In this document: positions 53,253 through 64,000 of the stretch, in pieces
How the letters are laid out: the number at the start of each line of letters is the position of its first letter
Numbering within the stretch: the stretch's first letter is position 1
Assembly (NCBI GenBank): GCA_964016885.1
Contig: OZ024740.1
Location: 223,324,001 to 223,388,000 of the forward strand
Direction of reading: 5' to 3'
DNA: 64,000 nt
DNA from: Eledone cirrhosa
Lineage: Eukaryota
The notes under the pieces: generated by a model
Seen by the model: only the letters and a program-made list of their open reading frames with translations
Database searches by the model: none
Told to the model about the DNA's origin: nothing
Translations under genes and position numbers: made by a program

Positions 53253-56125
53253 ATGGCTGTGTTAAGAGTAGGTTGTCTAAAAGTGCGTGGCCTGGGCTCA
53301 CCTTGGAAGCAAGCTAAACTTCTATATGACCTCAGGTCACGATGTATAAATGTGATGGTTATTTGTGAGGCCCAGATCAGCAGCGTGCGACAAGTAGCCC
53401 CCACTTTTGATGACTTTGAGATGCACGCATCTCTCTGTCAGCCCGGATGTGGGGGTGGGGTTGTCGTTCTGCTGCAAAAACATCTGGGTCTCGCTACACA
53501 GACGGTACACTTGGAGCCGGAGGGTCGACTAGTGGTTCTGGACCTTGGCAGTGGTGAAGGCGAAGCTTTTTAGGCTTGTCGCCGTTTACGCCCCTTTTGG
53601 AGCAATGCGGCCGGACTTCTTCCATCGTCTGGAGACTTTTCTAAAAAGCTCCTTGCTTTTAGTGGAGGACTGGAATGGTATCCTAGATGCATGTTGGGAT
53701 TATGTAGGGGCATGTCCCGATAGAGGGGGGTGTAACAACCTCAAGGGGTTAATCAGCCGATTTGACCTGGCCGATAGATATCGACTAGATTTTCCGACTG
53801 TGCCAACCTGGACTTGGACAAACCACAGCTGTCAATCTAGATCGTACCTTCATAGGTTCTTAGTTAGAATTAAGGATAGGGGACTTTTTAAGTTGTCCAG
53901 AAATGCTCATGGTTGGCTATTCAGGCCACAAGTTAGTGACCTGCATAGTCCACCTTGATAGAAAGCATAGGCAGGGACCCAGTTACTGGAAGCTCAACTT
54001 GACCTTACCGGCAAGTAGAGTTTACAGGGACCGGATTAGAACCTTAGTTAAGGAGCGGTTGACGGGCGCCATCGTCAACAGCAGGTGGTGGGGCTCTCTG
54101 AAAAAAAAGATTAGAGTAGTTTCAATAGGAGTTAGTAAGGAGTTAGCCTCAGATAGAAATAGGAAGAAAAGGGAGTTGGTAGTTAATGTTGAAGAGGCAA
54201 TTAGATAGAAGTGGCAATGTGGACAGAGTGCAAGCGTCGAGAACGGCCTTGAGCCAGTTCTTCGACGTTAAACCCGAAGGCTGCGTTGTCCGAAGAAAAA
54301 TACATGCTCTGGGAAATGAGGGGAGCAAAGCTGTTAGCTGGGCCCCCGTGACAGAAGCCAAAATTGGGATTAGATCCACTATCCGATCTTTGCGAGACCT
54401 GGATGGACGGGTGATCCTTGAACCTAAGCAAATGTGCGAGGCCTTTCAAAGGCACTTTGCACGATTGTTCGGGAGGGGAATGGGGCCGGTTGGGGATGTG
54501 GATTTCGGTCCATACCTCGACGGCCTGCCGCGTCTTTCGGACGAGGAGGTGAGGTCCTGTGACAAGCCTATCTCAGTTGCTGAAATAGGGGACGTGCTAA
54601 TCCTATGTGGCAAACGCAAATCTCCAGGCCTCGCTCCATCCGACAGGGGTGCCCTCTCTCCTCCCTTCTGTATGTATTGGCTCTCGAGCCACTACTGTGG
54701 AAGTTGGAGTTGTTGCAGGGCATCCCTTTGGAACAGGGATTGCGCAAAGCGCTGTTGGCCTGCGCCGATGACGTAACAGTAATGGTGTCGACCACCTCGA
54801 AAATCGTGGCAATCGGCACCTTACTTGAGGAGTACGAAAGGTTGACAGGGGCTAAGCTGAACCGGGACAAATCAGTCGCTTTGCAACTCGGCGAGTGGAG
54901 GGGCAAACCGATGCTGTCTGACGGCATCGTCGGACGGTGGACGGAGGGCCGTGTGAAGTTGCTTGGGGTCTGGTTTGGACCAGACCTCTAGGTGGAAAAT
55001 AACTGGGGTGAGTGTAAAAATAGGGTGTTTGCACTGACCCAGAAGTGGGCTGAGTGCAAACTATCCCTGAAAGGTCGGGTGGAGGTGGCGAACGCTTACA
55101 TAGCGTCCATCATCTATTACCGCTTGACTGTCGTGCCTTGCCCGGGTGAGATCCTCACCAAAATGGAGCGCACTCTCTTCCAATTCCCTTGGAGAAAGTG
55201 GGCTCCTCTGGTGAGGAGATCCATCTGCTGTCAACACCCTTTGAAAGGAGGGCTGGGGATGCCGTGACTAAAATGTGTAAACATGCATTGAGGCTACGAC
55301 ACCTCCAGGTCGGTAAACCGGTGTGGGCCCCGTTTGTGAGGCAAGCCTTTCTGAGGCTCGTCTCGCTCACTGAGCTGCAGTCCTGAGTGAAGCAAAGACT
55401 GAGTAAACTGGGCGACTGGCACACCGAGTGTGCCCAGGCGCTCACGGCTCTCTGGCAGGCAGACCCGGCTATCGGTGGAGACTCCACCTCGTCATTCTAT
55501 AGAGGGCTGGTGGTTAGCAAGTGCAACAATGCCCTCAGAGAAACTGTAGGCATGGAGGATGACGAACTGGCCAGCCTATTCGGTAGGACATTCGGCCCGG
55601 GACCTATGGACAATTTCCAGAAGTCCTTGGCCTGGCAGTGCTACCGAGGGGCTCTGCCCATTCGGGATAAGCTCTACAGACATGGGCGCCCGGGTAGGGA
55701 CCCCTCGAAAAAGATCTGTCCCAGATGCGTGCGCGACGAGGAAACCGTCACGCACGCATTGGTACACTGCCCTGGCGTTGCCGATCTGTGGGGCTATGTC
55801 GAACAACTGCTGTCACGGGTGGGACCAATCAGTTTGAGCACCGAGTCCATTGTAAAGATCAAGCCCCCCCCCCTTCAAAAATGAAGGAGAGGCGGTCTTC
55901 CTCTTTGTAATTGCCATGGTAAAAGAGGTTATATGGTGGACGCGTCTAAAAGGGCTGAGGGCGGACACCTTTCTTTCCGGCCAACAACTACTCCTTTTCT
56001 TCCGATACCATTTCGGAAGAAGGATCAGGATGGAGAGAGAGGTGTTCCACCCCAGCCAATTTTATGAAAGGTGGGTGAAAGTTGCGAGAATGGCCCGTGT
56101 GAATTGGCCTTCTCTCAGCCTGTAG
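53253..56125 (+). pseudogene. ORF2 of LINE copy 2, disrupted, RT N-terminal half deleted
   Basis: MAVLRVGCLKVRGL (APE start), RQGCPLS, CADD in place of YADD, CPRC..HALVHC; KSPG joined directly to RSIRQGCP at ~54630. Confidence 0.92.
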
Positions 56126-56548
56126 GTGGAAAAGGATGAAGGAAACACCCACTCTTTGTGCTCCTGTAGGGTCGCACATTTTTTTCGGGGGTGTGTGTGA
56201 CCCCAAAACGATCCCTCACTATTGAGGAACTTTGTTATAATTTTATTTGTTATTACATTATTTTTACTCGATTTTCATCAACACAGCCATCTCCAAAGCC
56301 CAGAACATCCCAGTGACAACACTGAGAAAAACAAAGCAGCAAAATAAAATGGAAAAAACAGTTATCCATTTTGTCAACACACACAATCCAAGAAACTTCA
56401 ACATTGTGAAAGCCACTAAACAATATCTCCCGAATCTCCAGCAGTTCCCTAAAATGAATGCACTCATAAAAGACGCACAAATACTGTATAGTTGATGCCA
56501 AGCACCCAACTTAAAGAAACTGCTCACCAACGCAAAATTTACGTCTAA

Positions 56549-56738
56549 TAATTGTCTCTACTTTAGGCACAAGGCCAGCAATTACCCAGTGCATTACTGG
56601 TTCTTTATTTTATCGACCCCGTAAGGATGAAATGTAAAGTCAACCTCGGCGGGATTTGAACTCAGATCGTAAAGGGACGTAACTATGCTGGAAAGCATGG
56701 CGTCCGACCCTCTACTGATACTGCCAATCCACCGCCCT
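56549..56738 (-). mobile_element. full-length SINE family A inside the PLE, 16-bp TSD
   Basis: TSD atttacgtctaataat at 56537-56552 and 56740-56755. Confidence 0.9.
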
Positions 56739-56749
56739 TATTTACGTCT

Positions 56750-56861
56750 AATAATTGTTTCTACTTTAGGCACAAGGCCAGCAATTATCCAGTGCATTAC
56801 TGGTACTTTATTTTATCGACCCCGTAAGGATGAAAGGCAAAGTCAACCTCGGCGGGATTTG
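56750..56861 (-). mobile_element. 5'-truncated SINE family A at the same site
   Basis: Second copy begins in the downstream TSD and ends at the B-box; aataat is repeated at 56862-56867. Confidence 0.88.
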
Positions 56862-57708
56862 AATAATGAAGCAATGCAAGTTAAGAATGAGGGGACCCCT
56901 CGATGTGGAACTCGTGAACACATTGAAGAGGGTGGGCATATCTCCTCTAAAAACAACCAGTTTTTCATAGTTAATGCAAACATGAATTGCAAAACAAAAA
57001 AACTTGATTTACTGTGCAACCTGCCCACAATGTAAAGAATTTTACATTGGTGAAACCGGAACTGTTCTACATGACAGTGTTCAAGTGCATAAACAACAGA
57101 AACACCACATGCAGTGAACACTTCGCAATATGCGGAAAGGGGAAAATCGCAATTTTCCTCTTCTTTAAAATATGGTCGGACAACGAATATTTCTGAAAAT
57201 ATAAAGAACAATTCTTTATTAGAAAGTACAAACCACTACTGAACACAAAAAAAAGATATTCCATCTTCAAATAACGGGATTCTCTCTCCTCTCTCTTTTC
57301 TTTAAAAAATCTCATTGAAAAAGAAAAATATCCAAATAGAAGTTGAAGACACCCGCACTTTCAAACATTCGATCGTTGAAGAGAAGAAAAACCCTCAGAG
57401 GTACACTAACAGTTCATTAATTCCCCCTTCTCCACCCCAATGTATATGTGAACTTAAATACTTGAGTAGATTTGAATACATATATGTGTGTGTAGATGTG
57501 TTGTATGTGTGTACATGTGTATATGTATGTGTGTATATGTGTGTGTATATATATATATATATATGAATATGTATGTACATGTGTATGTGTGTGTGTATAG
57601 CTATATGTGTGTGCGTGTTTATATGTATATGTATGTATGTAGATATATGTGTGTGTGCGTGTTTATATGTATGTGTATGTATATACATATATGTGTATGT
57701 GTGTGCAT

Positions 57709-58212
57709 ATCATCATCATCATCATCATCAGGTTTAGCGTCCGTGTTCCACGCTTGCATGGGTTTGGACGGGGGTTTTCCCACTTGAGGCAAGAGTGGTT
57801 GTCTTGCTCGCATAGGACTGTCTGGCGGGTTTTCTACAGTTGGATGCCCTTCCTAACACCAACCACATTTACAGTGTGGGGCTGGGAGGTTTTTACCGTG
57901 TTGCCTACACGGCCACATTACAGCGTGGACTGTCTGGCGGGTTTTCTACAGCTGGATGCCCTTCCTAACACTATATATGTATATATATATATATATGTAT
58001 GTATGTATGCAAATGTATGTATGTGTATGTGTGTGTGTATATATATGTGTGTGTCTGTGTGTGTGTGTATATATATATATATATCATCATCATCATCATC
58101 GTTTAACGTCCATGTTCCACGCTTGCATGGGTTTGGACGGGAGTTTTCCCACTTGAGGCAAGAGTGGTTGTCTTGCTCGCATAGGACTGTCTGGCGGGTT
58201 TTCTACAGCTGG
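57709..58212 (-). mobile_element. two to three partial RTE-tail repeats embedded in (TA)/(TG) microsatellite
   Basis: 57709-57970 and 58083-58212 are near-identical over (cat)n..gttccacgcttgcatgggtttggacgg..tttctacag.tggat. Confidence 0.8.
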
Positions 58213-58852
58213 ATATATATATATATATATATATATAGTTGTGTGCGTATGTGTGTGTATGTGTGTATGTATATGGGCTGTAAGAATATTTACATGTAGG
58301 GAAGTGAATATGTGAACTAGCATGTCCCCCCACACCACCACCACTACACTTCCCCTCCCAAACCAATATCAACAACATACATTTCTGACAAATATTCCCA
58401 AACTATCCTTATTGTTGATTCAGCTGTAAGAAAAGAAGTTGAAAAACATCCTGCCATTATATTCATCAAAGGTCATTTATTGAAATGGAACCAGCAGGAG
58501 GGCACATTTACAGCCCCTTTCTTAAACACTCATCCCATTATCTTGCTGTCAACATTGACCATTTTCTGTGTATATATGTGCGTGTGTGTGCTTTAATTCT
58601 TTTAAATCTTTATCAACACTCCTTCACCCCATACTCATTAACATGGCAGCCCACCCCCACAGATACATCCAAATCTCTATCATATATAGAGTCACACATC
58701 ACAACACAATCTGCTCTCAGTTTGACAATCGCCATCGATGCAAGAAATTTGTGCCAGAAAGTTCTCCAGGAAAGTTAACCAGGAATCTTTAAAAATCTTC
58801 CCACAGAAGTTAACAAAGAACTTACTAGATCTACCAACTCATAATATTATTA

Positions 58853-59033
58853 TGGCAGTATCGGTAGAGGGTCGGACGCCATGCTTTGACGCATAGAGTT
58901 ACGGCCCTTGCCATTCTGAGTTCAAATCCTGCCAAGGTTAACTTTGCCTTTCATCCTTACGGGGTCGATAAAATAAAGTACCAGTAATACACTGAGTAAT
59001 TGCTGGCCTTGTGCCAAAAGTAGAAACAATTAT
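58853..59033 (+). mobile_element. SINE family A
   Basis: Matches 8315-8494; attattat flanks both ends. Confidence 0.9.
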
Positions 59034-59099
59034 TATAATATTATAAAATTAAATCAATTTGTTTAGAACTACAAGTGAAGTCATTCTTTTCCTTTTTAT

Positions 59100-59313
59100 T
59101 CAAATATGTATATATACATACATCCATACACACATATATACACATTTATATATAATACACATATATAAACAAACATATATATATATATACACACATATAT
59201 ATACACACACATATATATATGAAAACATATGTACACACATATATATATATATACACATATATACACATATACATACACACACACATATATATATACACAC
59301 ATATATACACACA
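59100..59313. repeat. (TA)/(CA) microsatellite
   Basis: Directly visible. Confidence 0.95.
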
Positions 59314-59952
59314 TTCCTAGCATTGATCTCTCCATGGCTCTTTGAGCCGTTACCAACCTCTGCTCTTCTCTCTTCGTTGTAGCCCAAGTTTCACTGCCAT
59401 ATAAAACTGCCAGGTAAAACTGTGCTATTGAAGAGGTTGGCGCGGGTGGTCTTGTCCAACCTCCCCTTGAGCACATCCCTTATGGCGTTGAACACCTTCC
59501 ATCTGGCTCTTACTCTCCACTAGATCTCCCTCTCAATGTCTCGGCGCATGTTCACTTCTTGTCCCAAGTAGACATATTCCTCCACCTCCTCTATTTCATC
59601 ACCGCCAACCACCATTCGACCTTGAGAGAGCACATCAGGAGTGAAATCATCAGACAGAAGTTCGGCGTAAGGGACATCATCACGGAATATATGCGCAGCA
59701 AGTTCAGATGGGCTGGACACGTCGCCCGGTTCACCAATAGTCGGTGGACCTGCGCAGTTGCCGAGTGGTACCCACGCAAGCGGAAACGACCACTCGGAAG
59801 GCCTCCACGAGGGTGGAGTTACGATTTTAAGAATACGATTGGGACTACATGGATGAGGAAAGCACGATCCAGAGAGGAATGGACGGCGTACTGTGACCAG
59901 CGGTGCTGAATGGACGTCCGATGGACTGGTCGGTCAAGGTGATCAAGGTGAT
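59314..59952 (+). mobile_element. RTE-1-type LINE 3' fragment with 5' inversion
   Basis: Minus segment (~59620 to 59314): EIEEVEEYVYLGQ..LYGSETW..QRAMERSMLG; plus segment (~59619-59909): TLREHIRSE..FRWAGHVAR..RPLGRPP; tail (caaggtgat)2. Confidence 0.88.
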
Positions 59953-59957
59953 ATACA

Positions 59958-60005
<48 letters not shown>

Positions 60006-60179
60006 TATATATAAGGTAGATTAGATGAGTTGCTAATGCACTCATAAACGGCAAAGAGTTATTCAAAACTTGGATGTGATTTTAATATCCATAGTATGAT
60101 TGGCAAAAGACAGTTCAGTGTTTAATCCAATTTGTAAATTTCCTGTCATAGTAGTTTTACAACATCACAAAGCATATAT

Positions 60180-60630
60180 AAAAAGAATAACAAATAACCA
60201 GGTTTTAATTACAATATTTAAAAGATTTACAAACTTATCTTTCAAGTAGAATTTTATTCCTCTGTACTGAATTCCTCAAAATCATTAAGTAAGACAAAAG
60301 AGTAAATTATTTTCCACACACATGTTTGAATAGCTCCAAATAGGAAAAAAAATACTAAAATATAAACATCTTCAATAAAGTCAGGAAAACTTTAAAACGT
60401 ATGTAAGACTAAACACATGAATTAAAATTCATTAGTAATAAATATACAATTTTTGGAATTTGGATTTGTTTGGACATGCAGTTAGTAATTAATTACATTT
60501 TAGTATCATTTAATGATTCTGAGGAATTCAGTACAGAGGATTAAAATGCTACTTCCTTCTGTATTTGAAAGAAACGTTCATGAGTGTATCAAATAATGTA
60601 ATCAAATACTGGTTATTTAGTTATTCTTTA
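60180..60630. mobile_element. MITE-like element with long imperfect terminal inverted repeats
   Basis: aaagaataacaaataaccag pairs with ctggttatttagttattcttt; tcctctgtactgaattcctcaaaatcattaa (~60258-60288) pairs with ~60510-60540 at 30/31; TA-rich flanks. Confidence 0.7.
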
Positions 60631-60982
60631 TTCTTATATATATATATATAATAGGTTGATAAGACTAGCATGGGTTTAACTGCTAGTACTGGTTGCATCT
60701 CAGCATACTCAATAGGTTATGTTAAGTAAACTCCCTGTGTAGACACAGTTATTTGCTTTTACACATCACATATAAATGAATACCTTCAATCTATACTCCT
60801 ACACAAGTTTTGTCCCCCCACTTAATGCAGCAATCTACTGAATATTTAAAATACTTCGGTATTATGTAGTCTTTCCTCTCACCCATGGTATGTACCTCCT
60901 TCATCTTCTTACCACACCTCCCACGTCCTAATACTTTGCTCCTCACACATCCATATACCCACCTCTCTAAACCCCACTAAAG

Positions 60983-61404
60983 CCCCCAGCCCACATTGTA
61001 AAGTGGTCATGATGGTGACACAACAAAAAGCACCCAGCCGTCACTATGAGGTGGTCATGTAGGTATCACAAAAAAAGCACTCAGCCCACACTGTAAAGTA
61101 GTCATATAGGTGTCACAATAAAAAGTACCCAGCCCACTCTGTAAAGTAGTCATATAGGTGTCACAATAAAAAGTACCCAGCCCACTCTGTAAAGTGGTCA
61201 TATATGTGTTGCAACAAAAAGCACTCAGTACTCATTCTAAATGTGGTTGGCATGAGGAAGTGTACCCAGCCATAGAAACCAAGGCAAAATCAGTTCTGTA
61301 TGAGAAAAACATGGTCATCTTATCTCTACTTGCCTCAAGTAGGATAACCTGTATAACCCATGCTAGCATGGAAAATGGACATTAAACGGTGATGATGATG
61401 ATGA
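60983..61404 (+). mobile_element. RTE-tail repeat with five tandem ~47-bp subunits
   Basis: Unit cccagcccactctgtaaagtagtcatataggtgtcacaataaaaagta repeated, then aacccatgctagcatggaaaatggacattaaac(gat)n. Confidence 0.8.
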
Positions 61405-64000
61405 TATATATATATATATGTTTATGGTTTATATTATCAAATATGTTTTTTTAGTCATGGCTGGTATGAATAAAACATATATTCAAAGAACATTTATTGA
61501 TGAGGTGTTACGAATATATATATATATATATACATGGAATTTTGTGGGTACACGGACCAAGAAAATCATAGTTCAGTGCATGTTTAGGTACAGAATTGGT
61601 TATTTTTTACTGAAGTTTTAACAGAGGGCCCTCCCTGTTTTGGCTGATATACATCTGATTTCCAACCAATATAGAGTAATTCCTCTGTTTGGGCTTTACT
61701 CTAATAACACCAATAATTATAACACTCTCACACAAAGTTTTAAGGTGTTTGTTACCAAAAGTATTAATCACACATCAATGACTACACCGACGTTTACACA
61801 GATATATCTGCATCCTAATCTCAATCATTGAAACAGTGTACATGAGGTTTACTCACTGTGTATATCCAATTTATAATAGGTTTACTAAATCTCCAAGTCA
61901 TAGGCAATTAATAGCATTGGTGCCAGGAACCGAATCTAGATTTAAAACACTGCCTCAGAAAGGAACCCATGCTGAATATGCAGCACGTCATGCTATTTGC
62001 AAAACTAGCACCTACTTTAGCAGGGAAAATGTCCTTAAAATGCATGTTGATTAACTCACAAGTTAGATAGGATCTGCAAGACTAGCGCTTATTTCAGCAA
62101 TGAAAATGGCCTTAAAATACTTGATTAGTTCACAAGTCGGTTATGTGACAAGAGATTTTCCAATCGTGACTAGCTCACTTGCTTGGGTATACCATCAGCA
62201 AGATGTTATTTCTTTTTTAAGGCAGTAGGGTAACTTCAAATATATTTGGGTGTTAGTTTCAGCTGGTCAATCATATAGGAGCTACATCTTGTACTTTTAG
62301 TATGTCAACATAAAATATTTATATTTAAAAAATTTCTATCTATGCTACGTGTTGTAAAAAGAATATTTTCAATATGGTTGCTGTTGAACTGACAGCCATT
62401 TAATTTCTTTCGAATAGTTAGCCCAGATCAATGTTGCTATAATGCATTCAGATACATTGTGAGTTGAGGCCTAATACAATAAGATAAATGAGGATATCGG
62501 TTTAAAACATTTGTCAGATAAAAAGCAATCATCTTTTGTATGTTTTCTTCAGGAGAATGACCACCCAGAATTGGATATACAGTGGACAGATTAGAAACTG
62601 ATATAATGGTCATATATCATGTTTGAATGTTGAGAAATTTGATTGATCAGTAATATCCATAGCTTTTAACCTCCATGTTATAACTGAAATGAGTATAGCC
62701 AATGATTAATGGCTTTCTATGCTTAGCAGCCAACGAAGAATGATTAAATTATTCCCCTTGTTGAAACAGAATTTTTTTTTCTCTCTTCCTTTGATGAGCT
62801 TCTAGACTTATGTTAATGTCTGAGATAAACATTGAGAAAGATACATTGGTTCCGTAATTTCCCAAGTGAATACTGATTCACTAGTGCTTGATCAATTTGT
62901 ACTTCCCTCTACCTGCTATAAATTGTCACACAATATTCTTCAAATAATCATTCTGTGAATTGACAAGACATGAATCAAATTTCTAAGAATGGCTTTTCTT
63001 TATTCTTTTCAGGTTCTAATGTTCTTTATCAAGTATAATTAAATTTCTTCTTGGTTTTTCTATTTTCTTTTCAAAAAGTACGTTTAAGTATTTATCTTTT
63101 TCAGATACTGGAAATAATAGTACTTCTGATGTTTTTCTATCCTCCTAGAATATCAATTCCTCTTTACGTAAGATTAGTTTGCATTAGAATTAAATTGCAA
63201 CATTCAACTAATAAATCTAACTTAGCATACACAAATAGTTTAATTATTACAAATATTAAAATATTGCAAAAATACAATTTTAGAATCTACTAGCTAACAC
63301 TATGGACAGGCCATGGTTTAATTAGAAATAACCACAAAATATTACAGATAAAAATGTCATTTAATTGTTTTATTTATAAGTTATATTATGCACACAAATA
63401 ATATAAACATTACCATGTAAATTCAACAAATGACTGAAACTCACTAAAATAGAATATTTCAATAATATATAACTTGAGGATAAACAACATTTTACATAGA
63501 ACATAGGGTTGAAAGAAATGTTGACAACACTACCTTATTTCTTTCTTTCTCTCTCTCTCACAGACACACTTACCATTCTCTTTCCATAAAGACTTGAGAT
63601 TAAAAAATAAGAAATGTTGGCGTTTGGTGCTGCCATCTGCACCATTAGTATTTCCATAAAACATACACGGCAAAAATCGCCCACTACTCACTCTAAATGG
63701 TTGGCGTTAGGAAGGGCATCCAGATGTAGAAACCAGGCCAAAATCAGTTCTGTGTGAACAAGACATGGTCACCTGACCTAGCATTGCTCATAACAGGACA
63801 ACTCATCTAACCTATGCTACTGTGAAAAATGGACGTAAAATGGTGTGGTGCTTTAAGCAGATGATAAATTCATTTTCATTTTGAGAGAACATCTGTCTAT
63901 GACAGGTAAAACTCCCAGATGCAGTGGTCAGGGCTATGCAAAGCTGGTAATAGGTCCAAGCCAGACATAAATTGTAGACACCTCACTTCCACAAATGGGT

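Larger units (their letters stand above)
51328..56274 (+). mobile_element. Tx1-like retrotransposon copy 2 (defective, 3' end truncated)
   Basis: Same architecture as copy 1; similarity to the copy 1 3'UTR stops at ctcgattt (~56274), before the AATAAA. Confidence 0.93.
56275..57275 (+). mobile_element. Penelope-like element 3' fragment (linker and GIY-YIG endonuclease)
   Basis: FVNTHNPRN, QAPNLKKLL, PRCGT, MNCKTK, PTCKEFYIGETG, CSEHFAIC, EQFFIRKYKPLLN: ordered PLE GIY-YIG motifs; interrupted by two SINEs. Confidence 0.82.

Noticed and set aside
46082-56206. Many minus-strand ORFs, including 52273-52986 (237 aa)
   Set aside because: Antisense shadows of A/C-rich or GC-rich LINE coding sequence; no domain motifs.
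57395-58378. Long ORFs (up to 216 aa) rich in C/V/Y/I/M/H/T
   Set aside because: Translations of (TA)/(TG) microsatellite plus RTE-tail repeats; the same applies to 19991-20203, 29057-29263, 51095-51386 and 59059-59387.
60983-61235. Regular ~47-bp repeats resembling a CRISPR array
   Set aside because: No unique spacers, no cas genes, eukaryotic context; the unit derives from the RTE 3'UTR.

Overview
AT-rich eukaryotic non-coding DNA (intergenic or a very large intron) made up mostly of transposable-element relics and (TA)n/(CA)n/(GAT)n microsatellites. The SINE set and RTE tails resemble those I recall from cephalopod (Octopus-like) genomes; this is an inference, not a database result. No host protein-coding gene could be established. 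The dominant structure is a head-to-tail pair of about 5 kb L1-clade (Tx1-like) non-LTR retrotransposons at ~45.8-56.3 kb, each preceded by a (TC)/(TCTG)/(TG) microsatellite. The two copies have strongly diverged 5'UTR/ORF1 halves, a near-identical endonuclease block that shares inactivating lesions, complementary large deletions, and conserved 5' and 3' hairpins. Other content: several RTE LINE fragments (one family has a PHD-type finger inside the RT; one copy has a twin-priming 5' inversion), a Penelope-like GIY-YIG fragment, candidate minimal hammerhead motifs, at least three SINE families (several copies with clean TSDs), pogo/mariner remnants, a Lep1-like Helitron relic, a MITE, and two fold-back inversions at SINE junctions. 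All identity estimates are by eye.
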